A DNA stretch of 64,000 bases. Origin: an uncultured Chloroflexia bacterium (GTDB taxonomy: Bacteria; Chloroflexota; Limnocylindria; Limnocylindrales; CSP1-4). The notes beneath the pieces were generated by a model. It made no database searches and was not told the DNA's origin. It saw only the letters and a list, made by a program, of their open reading frames with translations. Positions 47,791 to 57,445 of this stretch are shown piece by piece; within the stretch, counting starts at the first letter, position 1; each line of letters opens with the position of its first letter. The stretch is taken from positions 1,952,001-2,016,000 of the forward strand of contig CAWHDR010000001.1 in the NCBI GenBank assembly GCA_963828165.1. The letters are read 5' to 3'. A program made the position numbers and the translations under genes.

Positions 47791-50568
47791 ATGACCAGCC
47801 GTGTCGCCTCTGCGCGCGCCGAAGCGGGGTATTCGCTACCCGCCTTCGAGCGGCTCGCGCCTGCCCCGTCGGCGACGTTGCTCGCCGCCCGCATCGAGGC
47901 GCACACGGGGCCAGGCGACATCGTCGTCGACCTGGCGGGGCGGGGTGGCTGGGTGGCTCGCGCCGCCCTGGACCGTCAGCGTCGCGCCGTGTCCGTCGAA
48001 TCGACCCCGCTGACGCGGATGCTCGCGGAGGTCGTGCTTCGTCCGCCGGACGTGCGCCACCTCGACGCCGCGTTCCAGGGCATGTCGGCGTCTCCGCGGC
48101 GGGAGACCAGCCTGAAGGTGTCGATCGGCGACCTGTTCGCGACCCGCTGTGCGACCTGCGGGCGGATGCTCGTCGCCGACGAGTTCACCTGGTCCGCCGA
48201 GGAGGATGGGCCGGCCAAGGCCGTCACCCGCCACTACCGCTGCACGGTCTGTCGCGACCAGCGGGGTGGATCCGAGCAGCGGCAGGCCCCGCTCGAAGCC
48301 GATGACGTGGCGCGCTCGCTGGCCGATGCCGACCTCGAGGCGGCGCGTGCCTGGGCGATCGAGCGGTTCCCGGTGGTCGAGGGGGCCCCGGGGCTCGTCG
48401 ACGAGCTGCTCGAGCTGCACACCCCACGTCAGCTCATCGCGCTGACCGCGATCATGGAGCGGATCGAGACCGACCTGCGTGCGGCCAACGTCCTTGCCGC
48501 GCTCCGTCTCTCGCTCCTGCATGCGCTGCTGCCGTCCAGCCGGCTCGTCGGCGCGGCCGGCCGGGGCGGATCCCTGCGCGTCGCCGGCGGTCACGTCCGG
48601 CTCCCGGCAGCCACGCAATGGCGTGAGCGCAACCCATGGCTCGCGTTCGAGGATGCCTTCCGTGCCGTGCGCGGGTTCGTCCAACGCCTCGAGGGCGGGG
48701 CGCTCGGACCCATGCAGGCGCGTTTGGGCGAGGACCTGCGCTCGCTCGGCGAAGGATCGGCCACGGCGGTCCTGGCGATCGCCAGCCCGTCGGCGGTGCG
48801 TGCGCTGAGCGACGGGAGCCTCGCCCTCCACGATCGGGCCGGCGCACCGGCGCCGCGCGTCCGACTCGTCCTGGGTCAGCCACCGATCCGACCCAGCCTC
48901 GAGCGGCTGGCCGCCGCCTACCACGGAACGGCGTGGACCCTGGGCCGCGAGGCCGCGGCGATGCTGCCCATCGATGCGCTGGCCGACACGTCCTTGCGGG
49001 CGCCGTGGTCGTGGCAGGCGGTCGCGATCGGACGGTCGCTGGCGGCGGTCGAGCCGTCGATGGCGCGCGACGGTCGCGTGGTCCAGCTCGTCGACGGCGG
49101 GATGGAGGCCCTGGCCGCGGTGGCGATCGGCGGAGCCTCGGCCGGCTACCGCGTGACGGTCGCACGGCTCTCGGATCCCGACGATGCCGGCGCCGGCGTG
49201 ATCGAGCTCGTGCCACCCGGCGCCGCCCTGCCTCCCGGTCCGCGCACGAGAGGCAACGTCGGATTGCCCGCGATCCCGGGCGGGGCGGGAGATCCGGACA
49301 TGGTCCCGGGACGCGGGTTGTTCGCTCCGCCAGAACGGTTCGACCAGCGTCCGTTCTCGCCGGCAGAGGCAGCGACCGCGGTCACGGAGTCCGTGGTCGA
49401 GACCCTGCGTGCCCGGGGCGAGCCGGCTCGCATGGAACGGCTCTTCGGCGAGGTCCTCGTCGGCCTTGACCGGTCGGGCCAGCTCCGCCGCCTCGCCGCG
49501 GGCACCCGTCCCGCCACGACCGACGGCGGCGACGGCAAGCCTGGGTCCGCTCGTCCAGCCTCAGGCGGGACGGCCGATGTCGCCCCGGTCCCCAAGGTGC
49601 CTGACCCGCCCTCGGTCGACCCGGCGGTCGCCGCGGCGGACGCGCGGGAACCGCATGCCGATGCCCGTTCGAACGGCGGTGCTCCCGACCCCGTCGACCG
49701 TCTGCTCGCCGTGATCCGCGATGAGCTGGCGCGGCCGAACCACCGCCGTCTGACCGAGATCGAGCCCGGCCGCTGGTGGTTGGCCGACCGCGACGATGTC
49801 GAGGCGGCTGCCGCACCGCTCGCAGACCGGGTGGAATGGGCGGTCTTCAGCCTCCTGTCCACCGCGGGACCCCTGTCGGAGACCGCGTTCTACGATCGGA
49901 TGGCGACGATGTTCAGCGGCCACGACCTGCCCGACGAGACGCTCGTCCATGCCTGCCTGGACAGCTATCGGAGCATGGCCAGTACGCCCGACCGGCTCAT
50001 CACCGGCGATGACCTGCTCAAACGCAGCCAGGAGCACACCGAGCTCCTGGCGATGCTCGCCGACGCCGGGCATCGCATGGGGATGCGGGTCTGGCTGTCG
50101 CAGCGCGAGCAGGCACGTCGCCACGGGCGGGGGATGCTCGCCGATCTCCTCGGTGAACGCGAACAGACCGTCGGCCTTGGTGGCATCGCGCGATCGGTGC
50201 CCGAGATCGCGGACGTCGACGCGATCTGGTACGTGCGCGGCAAGGTCGCGTTGTTGTTCGAGGTGGAATGGACGGCGGTCCTCGGCGAGCCGCTGCTGCG
50301 CCGACACCCGCGCATCGGCGCGGACGAGAAGCTCATCCGGTTCCTCGCGGTCGCCCCGGAACGGACCGATCTCGTCCGGCACAAGCTCGAGCGCTCCCCG
50401 CTCCTGCGCGCGGCCATGGACGAGTACGGCTGGCACATCATCAAGTGGGATCACCTTCGGACATTCCTCGCCGCGGACCTGCCGGACCTGGATGCCCTGG
50501 AACCGCTGCTGGGTCTCGATCCGTTCGTCGAACGCGGCGGCGAACAGATGCCGCTGTTCGGCGGCTGA
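47791..50568 (+). CDS. degenerate amino-DNA-methyltransferase fold with Zn ribbon and C-terminal restriction-endonuclease-like domain
   Basis: GDIVVDLAGRGG (degenerate motif I), CATC/CTVC, VLGQPP (degenerate motif IV); C-terminal HTELL...RVW...DVDAIW...FEVEWT. Confidence 0.7.
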   Translation: MTSRVASARAEAGYSLPAFERLAPAPSATLLAARIEAHTGPGDIVVDLAGRGGWVARAALDRQRRAVSVESTPLTRMLAEVVLRPPDVRHLDAAFQGMSASPRRETSLKVSIGDLFATRCATCGRMLVADEFTWSAEEDGPAKAVTRHYRCTVCRDQRGGSEQRQAPLEADDVARSLADADLEAARAWAIERFPVVEGAPGLVDELLELHTPRQLIALTAIMERIETDLRAANVLAALRLSLLHALLPSSRLVGAAGRGGSLRVAGGHVRLPAATQWRERNPWLAFEDAFRAVRGFVQRLEGGALGPMQARLGEDLRSLGEGSATAVLAIASPSAVRALSDGSLALHDRAGAPAPRVRLVLGQPPIRPSLERLAAAYHGTAWTLGREAAAMLPIDALADTSLRAPWSWQAVAIGRSLAAVEPSMARDGRVVQLVDGGMEALAAVAIGGASAGYRVTVARLSDPDDAGAGVIELVPPGAALPPGPRTRGNVGLPAIPGGAGDPDMVPGRGLFAPPERFDQRPFSPAEAATAVTESVVETLRARGEPARMERLFGEVLVGLDRSGQLRRLAAGTRPATTDGGDGKPGSARPASGGTADVAPVPKVPDPPSVDPAVAAADAREPHADARSNGGAPDPVDRLLAVIRDELARPNHRRLTEIEPGRWWLADRDDVEAAAAPLADRVEWAVFSLLSTAGPLSETAFYDRMATMFSGHDLPDETLVHACLDSYRSMASTPDRLITGDDLLKRSQEHTELLAMLADAGHRMGMRVWLSQREQARRHGRGMLADLLGEREQTVGLGGIARSVPEIADVDAIWYVRGKVALLFEVEWTAVLGEPLLRRHPRIGADEKLIRFLAVAPERTDLVRHKLERSPLLRAAMDEYGWHIIKWDHLRTFLAADLPDLDALEPLLGLDPFVERGGEQMPLFGG

Positions 50569-50679
50569 GGGTCCCGCGCGCTACATTACGGCTCCAATCA
50601 GGCCGCAGCCACGACCCGGGCGGCGCGGCTCGGATCCGGGCGGCGCAGCCCGCTCGCAGGGGAGGCATCGAGACCCACG

Positions 50680-52356
50680 ATGACCGACGACCGTTCCACC
50701 GTGGACGCATTGTCCGACCGCTACTGGGAGAGCATCCTCGAGCTCGATCCGACGACCGCCACCTTCTACGGCGACGAGCGCTATGCGGACCGGTTGGAGG
50801 ACCCGTCACCGGCTGGTCGTGCGAAGGTCCGCGATTTGATGGCCCGGACGGCGGCGGAGGCGATGGCCATCCCGGTGGAGGGGCTCTCGACCGAGGAGCG
50901 CATCACCCGCGACATGCTCCGCGTGATCGGCGAGCTTCGTGTCGAGGAGGACGACCAGGGCCTGCACCAGCTCCGCGTCGTGGACCAGATGGGCGGGCCC
51001 CAGCAGCTGCTGCCCCAGCTGACGCAGTTCCAGCCGGTCGACACGCCCGAGCGGCTCGACGCGTTCATCGCGAGGCTGCATGCGTATCCCGCGTTCATGG
51101 CCGCCAACGCCGACATCCTGCGCGAAGCGCTCGGCACCGGCCTGACGGCACCATCGATCGTGACCGAGCGGACGATCGCCCAGATCGAGCGCATGCTCGA
51201 GATCCCGATCGACGAGGCGATCATCCCCTCCAGCGTGAAAGGTGCGTCCGACGCCGATCGGGAGCGCATCCGCGAGGTCGTGCGCGACGTCGTCTATCCC
51301 GCGGATGAGGCCTTCCTCGAAGTGCTCACTGGCGACTACCGGCGCGCCAGTCGCGAAGAGCCCGGCATCTGGTCGGCGCCCAACGGCGAGGCGATCTATC
51401 GGACGGCGATCCGGAGCTGGACCACACTCGAGATGGACCCCCGCGAGATCCACCAGATCGGCATGGACGAGCTCGAGACCATCGAGGATGAACGACGAGA
51501 GATCGCCGGAGCCGCCGGCTTCGGCGACGACACGGCCGCCTATCGTGCCAGCCTGGACGCCGACGACGCCAACACACCGGGGACCAAGGATCAGCTCGTC
51601 CAGCGCGCGGCCGAGGATCTCGACCGAGCCATGGCGGCGGCCCCGCGCTACTTCGGCCGGCTGCCGAAGGCGGGGCTCGACGTCCGGCCGGTCGAGGAAT
51701 ACAAGGAGCGGGACGCTCCGTTCGCCTACTACTACCCGCCGTCCGCCGATGGATCGCGCGATGGCATCTACTACGCGAACGGCTACGACCTCCAGTCGCG
51801 CAAATACACGAAGCTCGCCTCGACGACGTACCACGAAGCGGCACCGGGCCACCACTTCCAGATCGCCCTGGAGATGGAGAACACGCGCCTGAACACGTTC
51901 CGCCGGCTCGGCGCCCGTGCAGTAGGTGGCGCCTACGTCGAAGGCTGGGGCCTCTACAGCGAGCGCCTCGCCGACGAGATGGGTCTCTACCGATCGGAAG
52001 GGGAGCGGTTCGGGATGCTCGACGCGCAGGCGTGGCGGGCGGCGCGGCTCGTCGTGGACACCGGGTTGCACGCCCTGCGCTGGGAGCGCCAGCGCTCGAT
52101 CGACTTCCTGCGGAACGCCGGGCTGTCCGAAACCGACGCCGTCATCGAGACCGACCGCTACATCTGCTGGCCGGGCCAGGCCCTGACCTACAAGCTGGGC
52201 CAGCGCCAGATCGAGAAGCTGCGACGGGAGCTCACGGAGCGGGACGGCGCGCAGTTCGACCTGCGCGAGTTCCACGACCAGGTCCTCGGGCACGGGTCGC
52301 TGCCACTCGCGACGCTCGCTCGCGAGCTGCCGACCTGGGTTGCGACGCCAGCCTGA
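50680..52356 (+). CDS. DUF885-family protein (putative metallopeptidase-like)
   Basis: YHEAAPGHHFQ, EGWGLYSE, RAARLVVDTGLH and WPGQALTYKLG motifs; GGGAGG RBS. Confidence 0.9.
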   Translation: MTDDRSTVDALSDRYWESILELDPTTATFYGDERYADRLEDPSPAGRAKVRDLMARTAAEAMAIPVEGLSTEERITRDMLRVIGELRVEEDDQGLHQLRVVDQMGGPQQLLPQLTQFQPVDTPERLDAFIARLHAYPAFMAANADILREALGTGLTAPSIVTERTIAQIERMLEIPIDEAIIPSSVKGASDADRERIREVVRDVVYPADEAFLEVLTGDYRRASREEPGIWSAPNGEAIYRTAIRSWTTLEMDPREIHQIGMDELETIEDERREIAGAAGFGDDTAAYRASLDADDANTPGTKDQLVQRAAEDLDRAMAAAPRYFGRLPKAGLDVRPVEEYKERDAPFAYYYPPSADGSRDGIYYANGYDLQSRKYTKLASTTYHEAAPGHHFQIALEMENTRLNTFRRLGARAVGGAYVEGWGLYSERLADEMGLYRSEGERFGMLDAQAWRAARLVVDTGLHALRWERQRSIDFLRNAGLSETDAVIETDRYICWPGQALTYKLGQRQIEKLRRELTERDGAQFDLREFHDQVLGHGSLPLATLARELPTWVATPA

Positions 52357-52391
52357 GCCTCGGGCGGTCGCCCGCGGCGGTGGCGTCGCGG

Positions 52392-53786
52392 CTAGGAGTC
52401 GAAGCCGATGCCGAGCGCGTCGAGCGTCTTGAGCAGGACCCCCCGGCGGCCCTCGTTGCGGTCGGCCCGATCCAGCTCGTGACGGACGGACTCCACGGCG
52501 AGCGATCGCAGCGGCTCGGGTGGGAACGGCACCGGCGGCGATGTGACGATCCGTAAGCGCAGGCGGTCCTCGTCGGGGCGCAGGAGGAGATCGCGGACGA
52601 CGCCCGCCGCCCAGCGGCTGGCCCCGACGCCGAGGCCCGTGTAGCCCAGCGCATAGGTCAGCCGGTCACCCATCGTCTGGCCGAACGTGACGGTGAACCG
52701 CGAGGTCGTGTCGATCGCCCCGCCCCAGCGATACGGGAACGCCAGGCCGTCAAGCTGGGGGAACGCCCGGAAGAAGTGCGCCTCGAGCCGTTCGAAAGTC
52801 TGCGGCCGGTCGTCGAGCTCCGGCTCGACGCGGCTGCCGAAGTGGTGGATCGCGTCATAGCCGCCCCACAGGATCCGGTCGTCGGCGGTGAGCCGGAAGT
52901 AGTGGAACTGGTTGTTCCCGTCGCTGAGTCCCTGGCGCCGTTCCCAGCCGATGGCCGCGCGCTGGGTGGGCGTCAGCGGGTCGGACACGAGGACGTAGTC
53001 GTAGACCGGCACGAACAGCGGTGACAGACGGCGCAGCCAGGCCGAGTAGGCCGAGGTCGCCACGACGACCTGATCGGCTCGGACCGAGGCGCCGACGGCC
53101 GTCGTGATGGTGACGCCGCCGGCCCGTCGCTCGACGCGGCTCGCGCGAGTGTGCTCGTGCACCGCCACCCCACGCTCGCGGGCGACGCGTGCCAGGCCGC
53201 GGCACAACTTCGCTGGGTCCAGGAGCACATCGCGGCCGGGGGGTCGGTACAAGCCGGCGTGCCACAACGGCGAGTGGACCTCGTCGCGGGCGGCGTCGCG
53301 GTCCAGGAACACCAGGTGCTCCCCATGCTCGGCCGCCTCGTCGACCCACGCCCGGAACGCATCGACCTGGTACGGCTGGTCGGCGAGGCCGAGGGTTCCG
53401 GTCTCCTCGAGGTCGCAGTCGATGCTGTGCTCGCGGGTGAAGGCGACCAATGCCGCGAGATTCTCGATCCCTTCCTTCTCCAGCCGCGGCAGCTCGTCGG
53501 GGAAGTGCCTGATCCCGTTCGCCAGGCCGTGGGTGAGGCTCGCCTCGCAGAAGCCGCCGTTGCGGCCGCTGGCCCCGAATGCCACGGTCTCCGCCTCCAG
53601 GACCACGACCCGCAGGGAAGGGTCGGTGTCGGTCAGCGCGATCGCGGTCCACAGTCCGGTGAACCCGGCGCCGATGATCGCGACGTCGGCGTCCACGCGT
53701 TCTCCGGCGTCAAGCGGCGGATCCGCCGGCGGTCCCGGCTCGCGCAGCCAGTAATTGACCGGGGCGGTCGGGCCCGTTGATGGCAT
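52392..53786 (-). CDS. FAD-dependent oxidoreductase (DAO/PuuB-like)
   Basis: IIGAGFTGLW, GASGRNGG, YRWGG and GYTGLGV motifs. Confidence 0.88.
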   Translation of the reverse strand: MPSTGPTAPVNYWLREPGPPADPPLDAGERVDADVAIIGAGFTGLWTAIALTDTDPSLRVVVLEAETVAFGASGRNGGFCEASLTHGLANGIRHFPDELPRLEKEGIENLAALVAFTREHSIDCDLEETGTLGLADQPYQVDAFRAWVDEAAEHGEHLVFLDRDAARDEVHSPLWHAGLYRPPGRDVLLDPAKLCRGLARVARERGVAVHEHTRASRVERRAGGVTITTAVGASVRADQVVVATSAYSAWLRRLSPLFVPVYDYVLVSDPLTPTQRAAIGWERRQGLSDGNNQFHYFRLTADDRILWGGYDAIHHFGSRVEPELDDRPQTFERLEAHFFRAFPQLDGLAFPYRWGGAIDTTSRFTVTFGQTMGDRLTYALGYTGLGVGASRWAAGVVRDLLLRPDEDRLRLRIVTSPPVPFPPEPLRSLAVESVRHELDRADRNEGRRGVLLKTLDALGIGFDS

Positions 53787-53862
53787 GGGCTCGAAGTCTA
53801 GCCAGCGGAAGGACGCCGTGCGTATCCGCACAGAACCGCTGGTGATGGCGCGGGATTCGTGG

Positions 53863-53922
53863 CGTTCCAACCAGAACGTGACGAAAGTCGCGTTGACGCC
53901 GCGGACGGGCCTGTGGCACGAT
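53863..53922 (+). promoter_or_regulatory. palindrome plus sigma70-like promoter upstream of the aminotransferase
   Basis: CGTTC-caacca-GAACG at 53863-53878; TTGACG (53893)-18 nt-CACGAT (53917). Confidence 0.45.
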
Positions 53923-54013
53923 GCCCCGACCGCCGTCCCGCATCGCGCAACGCGCGTCCCGTGGGCCGGGTCGCCACGCCCGCCGGATCGAACGCACGTA
54001 CAACGAGGACTTG

Positions 54014-55414
54014 ATGGCCACGGAACCCGCCGCCCGGACCACGCCCACGCTCCGTCGCGACGCCCAGAATGCGCTGTACCAGCGAGCGCTCGAGTCGCTC
54101 CCAGGTGGCACCGATTCGAATTTCCGCGCCTGGGGCGAGAGCACGATCTACGTCGACCGGGGCAAGGGCGGCAAGGTCTGGGACGCCGACGGCAACGAGT
54201 TCGTCGACCTGCGCATGGGCTACGGCCCGGTGATCCTGGGGCACGGGGACGAGCGGGTCGACGACTATGTCAACGAGCGCATGCGTCGCGGCGTCAGCTT
54301 CAGCCTGACGAGCGAGGACGAGGTCCGCGCGATGGAGCTCGTCAAGGAGCTCACGGGGTGGGTCGATATGGCCCGCATGACCGTGTCGGGCACCGAGGCG
54401 ACGATGCACGCGATGCGCATCGCCCGCGCCTACACGGGCCGCGAGAAGATCGTGAAGTTCGAGGGCCAGTACCACGGTGTCCACGACTACGCCCTCATCA
54501 GCGTCGGCCCGGACGACATGTCCGAGCTCGGCGACGCGGACGCGCCCGTCGCGCTCGCCTGGGGCCGCGGCATCCCGGGCGCCGTCGCCGACACGATCAT
54601 CCCGGCTCGCTACAACAACATCGACGCCCTTCGCCGCATCTTCGAGCGGCACGGCGAGGAGATCGCAGCGATCATCGTCGAGCCGGTCCTCGGCAACGCC
54701 CAGGCGATCATGCCGCAGGAGGGCTTCCACCGGCAGATGCGCGCCCTCACCGAGGAATTCGGGATCCTCCTGATCTTCGACGAGGTCAAGACCGGGTTCC
54801 GGCTGGCCCGCGGCGGGGCCGCCGAGTTCTTCGGCATCAAGCCAGACCTCGGCACGTTCGCCAAGGCGATGGGCAACGGCTATCCGGCGGCCGCGTTCGG
54901 CGGGCGCCGCGAGGTCATGGACATGCTGCCCGACAAGGTCAGCCATGGCGGCACGTACGCCGGCAACCGGGTCGCCGCCGCGGCAGCGGTCAAGACCCTC
55001 GAGATCCTCCGTGATACGAACGCGCTCGAGACGATCCACGCGACCGGCCGCACGATCCAGGACGGCCTGCGCGAGATCCTCGACCCGGTCGGCATCGCGT
55101 ACCACTTCACCGGTCACCCGTCCATGTTCGGGATCATGTTCCGCGAGGACGTCGCGACCGAATACCGCGACTGGGCCACGACCGACCATGAGCTGTACGA
55201 CGCGATCGCGATCGGCATGCACGCTCGCGGCGCGATGCCGGAGCCGGACTCCCGAGAGCCCTGGTTCATCTGCGAGGCGCATGCCGACGCGGACATCATC
55301 GACCGCGTGCTGACCGCCTTCTCGGATTCACTCGACGCGGCGCTCGAGGATCGCGCGCACGGCCTGCCCGCGCCCACCGCCACGGGCGCGATGTCGTCGC
55401 CCGGCGCCGGCTGA
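54014..55414 (+). CDS. class-III PLP aminotransferase, GSA-aminomutase-like
   Basis: SGTEATM, FEGQYHG, FDEVKTGFR, FAKAMGNG and HGGTY motifs; GAGGA RBS. Confidence 0.88.
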   Translation: MATEPAARTTPTLRRDAQNALYQRALESLPGGTDSNFRAWGESTIYVDRGKGGKVWDADGNEFVDLRMGYGPVILGHGDERVDDYVNERMRRGVSFSLTSEDEVRAMELVKELTGWVDMARMTVSGTEATMHAMRIARAYTGREKIVKFEGQYHGVHDYALISVGPDDMSELGDADAPVALAWGRGIPGAVADTIIPARYNNIDALRRIFERHGEEIAAIIVEPVLGNAQAIMPQEGFHRQMRALTEEFGILLIFDEVKTGFRLARGGAAEFFGIKPDLGTFAKAMGNGYPAAAFGGRREVMDMLPDKVSHGGTYAGNRVAAAAAVKTLEILRDTNALETIHATGRTIQDGLREILDPVGIAYHFTGHPSMFGIMFREDVATEYRDWATTDHELYDAIAIGMHARGAMPEPDSREPWFICEAHADADIIDRVLTAFSDSLDAALEDRAHGLPAPTATGAMSSPGAG

Positions 55415-55439
55415 ACGCGCGCCCGGGAAGAGAGAACAC

Positions 55440-56243
55440 ATGGTCGTCGACGGCAACGCTGTCCGCTCCGTCGATCGAGCGGCCGCCCTGCTCCTGGCTC
55501 TCGGTGAGTCGCAGGGCGAGGCCGGGGTCACCGAGCTTGCCCGACGGCTGGGTCTCCACAAGTCCACGGCATCGCGGCTGCTGGCCACGCTTCAGAAGCG
55601 CGGCCTCGTGGAGCAGGACGACGAGACCGGCAAGTACCGGCTCGGGTTGGTGGTCATCCGCCTCGCCGAGCGCGCCGAGCGCACCCTCGATTTGCGCGGC
55701 ATCGCATCCCCAGAGCTGGAGCGGCTCGCCCGCCTGACGCATGAGACGACGGGGATCGGGATCCTCGATGGCGACTCGCTGCTCACCGTCGCGCAGGCGG
55801 ACGGCCCCAACCTCATCGCGGTGGGCGACTGGACCGGCCGGGCCACGCCCCTGCACTGCGTGGCCTCGGGCAAGGTGCTCATGTCGGCCCTGGCCGAGCG
55901 TGACGTCCTGCGGATCGTCCGGCGCGGACTCGTGAGCTACACGGAACGCACGATCGTCGAGCTGGAGCCCCTGCTCGAGGAGCTGGCGCGCATCCGGCGG
56001 CGCGGATACGCCACCGCCATCGGCGAGTACGAGCTGGGTCTCAATGCCGTGGCCGCCCCGATCCACGACGCCCGCGGAAACGTGATCGCGGCCGTGGACG
56101 TGTGGGGGCCGGCCTTCCGGCTCACCCCGCGGCGCATCCCGGAGCTCGCTGCGCAGGCCCGCGAGGCCGCAGCCGCGATCTCGGTGCGTCTCGGCGGCAA
56201 CGCCCCGATCCGCCAGCCGGCTGCGGTGCCCGCAACGGCCTGA
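55440..56243 (+). CDS. IclR-family transcriptional regulator
   Basis: VRSVDRA, ELARRLGLHKSTASRLL, PLHCVASGK and GLNAVAAP motifs. Confidence 0.94.
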   Translation: MVVDGNAVRSVDRAAALLLALGESQGEAGVTELARRLGLHKSTASRLLATLQKRGLVEQDDETGKYRLGLVVIRLAERAERTLDLRGIASPELERLARLTHETTGIGILDGDSLLTVAQADGPNLIAVGDWTGRATPLHCVASGKVLMSALAERDVLRIVRRGLVSYTERTIVELEPLLEELARIRRRGYATAIGEYELGLNAVAAPIHDARGNVIAAVDVWGPAFRLTPRRIPELAAQAREAAAAISVRLGGNAPIRQPAAVPATA

Positions 56244-56391
56244 ACCCGCCGACCCGAAGCCCCGACGGCCTGAACCCGGGCTGAACCGCCGACCTCGGAG
56301 GCTCGACGGCCTGAACCCGGGCTGAACCCGCCGACCCGAAGCCCCGACGGCCTGAACCCGCCGACCTCGGAGCCTCGACAACCTGATCCCG
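56235..56391. repeat. imperfect modular tandem repeat (30-41 bp units)
   Basis: ACGGCCTGAACCCG at 56235, 56265, 56306 and 56347; degenerate ACAACCTGATCCCG at 56378. Confidence 0.85.
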
Positions 56392-56583
56392 GTTCTCGCC
56401 GACCGACCCTCGTCACGCTCAGGCACCATTTCCCGACAGTTGTTCGTGATAGCCGGCAGCCTGTCACCCCCAGATACCAATCGCCCACAGCCTTGCACGA
56501 GCGATCGCCCAAACCGACACGACGGGCATACGAGGCGGGCGAGCACGCGGCACCTGTGTGGCAACCGTGCCTCAGGGTGACGA

Positions 56584-57360
56584 TCACGGACTGAAACGGC
56601 GAGCGGCGTCGGCGTATCCGCGATACGGGGCCTGGCTGCGCCGCCCGTCCGACCGACTTCGGATCAACCACTCGCGGCGCCGGCTCGAGGGATCGATCAG
56701 CGCGATCCCCCGGCTTGAAGGATCCGGGACGATCCGCCCAGCGACGACTCCACACATCGCGACGGCCCGCATCGGGAAGGCAGCGGCCAGCGCATCGCGG
56801 TTCGTGGCGACCGCCACATCGACTTCCTCGCTCGCGAGCACGATCAGCCAGCTCGCAAGGCGACGAGGTCGCCATCCGAGGTCCCGGGCAGCACCCATCG
56901 CAGAGCGCTCGTACCAGCCAAGCTGGCGTTCGATGGCGCCAAGATCGTCCAGGCGGGTCTTCACCTCGATGATCAACAACATACCGGTCCGCCGATCAAA
57001 GGCGAGGAGGTCGATCCAGCCATGGCTCCGACCATGCACGATCTCGACCTCGCGCTGGACCTCCCAACCGGCACGCCGCAGTCGCCGGTCCAGGTATCCA
57101 GAGCAGCGGGCGTGGACCAGGTCGTGTTGTGGTCTGGCGATCACCACCGGTGGGCGTGCGACCAAGCCGATCTCGATCCCCAACCGATCAGCGACCCTGT
57201 TCACCAGGTCGAGGGAGGGATTCGCTCGTCCACTCTCGATGGTCGCGATGTACGCCCGCGACACGCCGACCGCGTCCGCCAGGGTTTGCTGGCTGATGTC
57301 GAGCATCGTCCGGGTGTCAAAGCAGAGGCGCGCGAACGTGACCCTAAGGTGGGAGGACAT
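56584..57360 (-). CDS. XRE-HTH fused to a PD-(D/E)xK nuclease-like domain
   Basis: SQQTLADAVGVSRAYIATIESGRANPS HTH; GWEVQREV...GWIDLLAF...IIEVKT. Confidence 0.82.
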   Translation of the reverse strand: MSSHLRVTFARLCFDTRTMLDISQQTLADAVGVSRAYIATIESGRANPSLDLVNRVADRLGIEIGLVARPPVVIARPQHDLVHARCSGYLDRRLRRAGWEVQREVEIVHGRSHGWIDLLAFDRRTGMLLIIEVKTRLDDLGAIERQLGWYERSAMGAARDLGWRPRRLASWLIVLASEEVDVAVATNRDALAAAFPMRAVAMCGVVAGRIVPDPSSRGIALIDPSSRRREWLIRSRSDGRRSQAPYRGYADAARRFSP

Positions 57361-57445
57361 TCATCGAGTGAAGCACTCGTGCCTTATCGCCGACTCAACT
57401 GCGATGGCGCCGCAGGGCTCCCCGGCGACTCGTTACCCTTGAGCG

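Noticed and set aside
47791-50568. Active type IIG restriction-modification enzyme or pseudogene
   Set aside because: The catalytic MTase motifs are degenerate, yet the ORF is intact with no frameshift, so neither call is supported.
50616-50652. Short direct repeat CCGGGCGGCGC before DUF885, and GGCCCGCCCCCGA twice at 22558-22609
   Set aside because: Two-copy, nearly all-GC repeats are plausible by chance at this composition.
54014-55414. Calling the aminotransferase hemL
   Set aside because: Motif deviations and catabolic context; the gene symbol is withheld.
56235-56391. Possible CRISPR or guide-RNA array
   Set aside because: The constant part is only ~14 bp, the 'spacers' are themselves repeated, and no cas genes are in the window.
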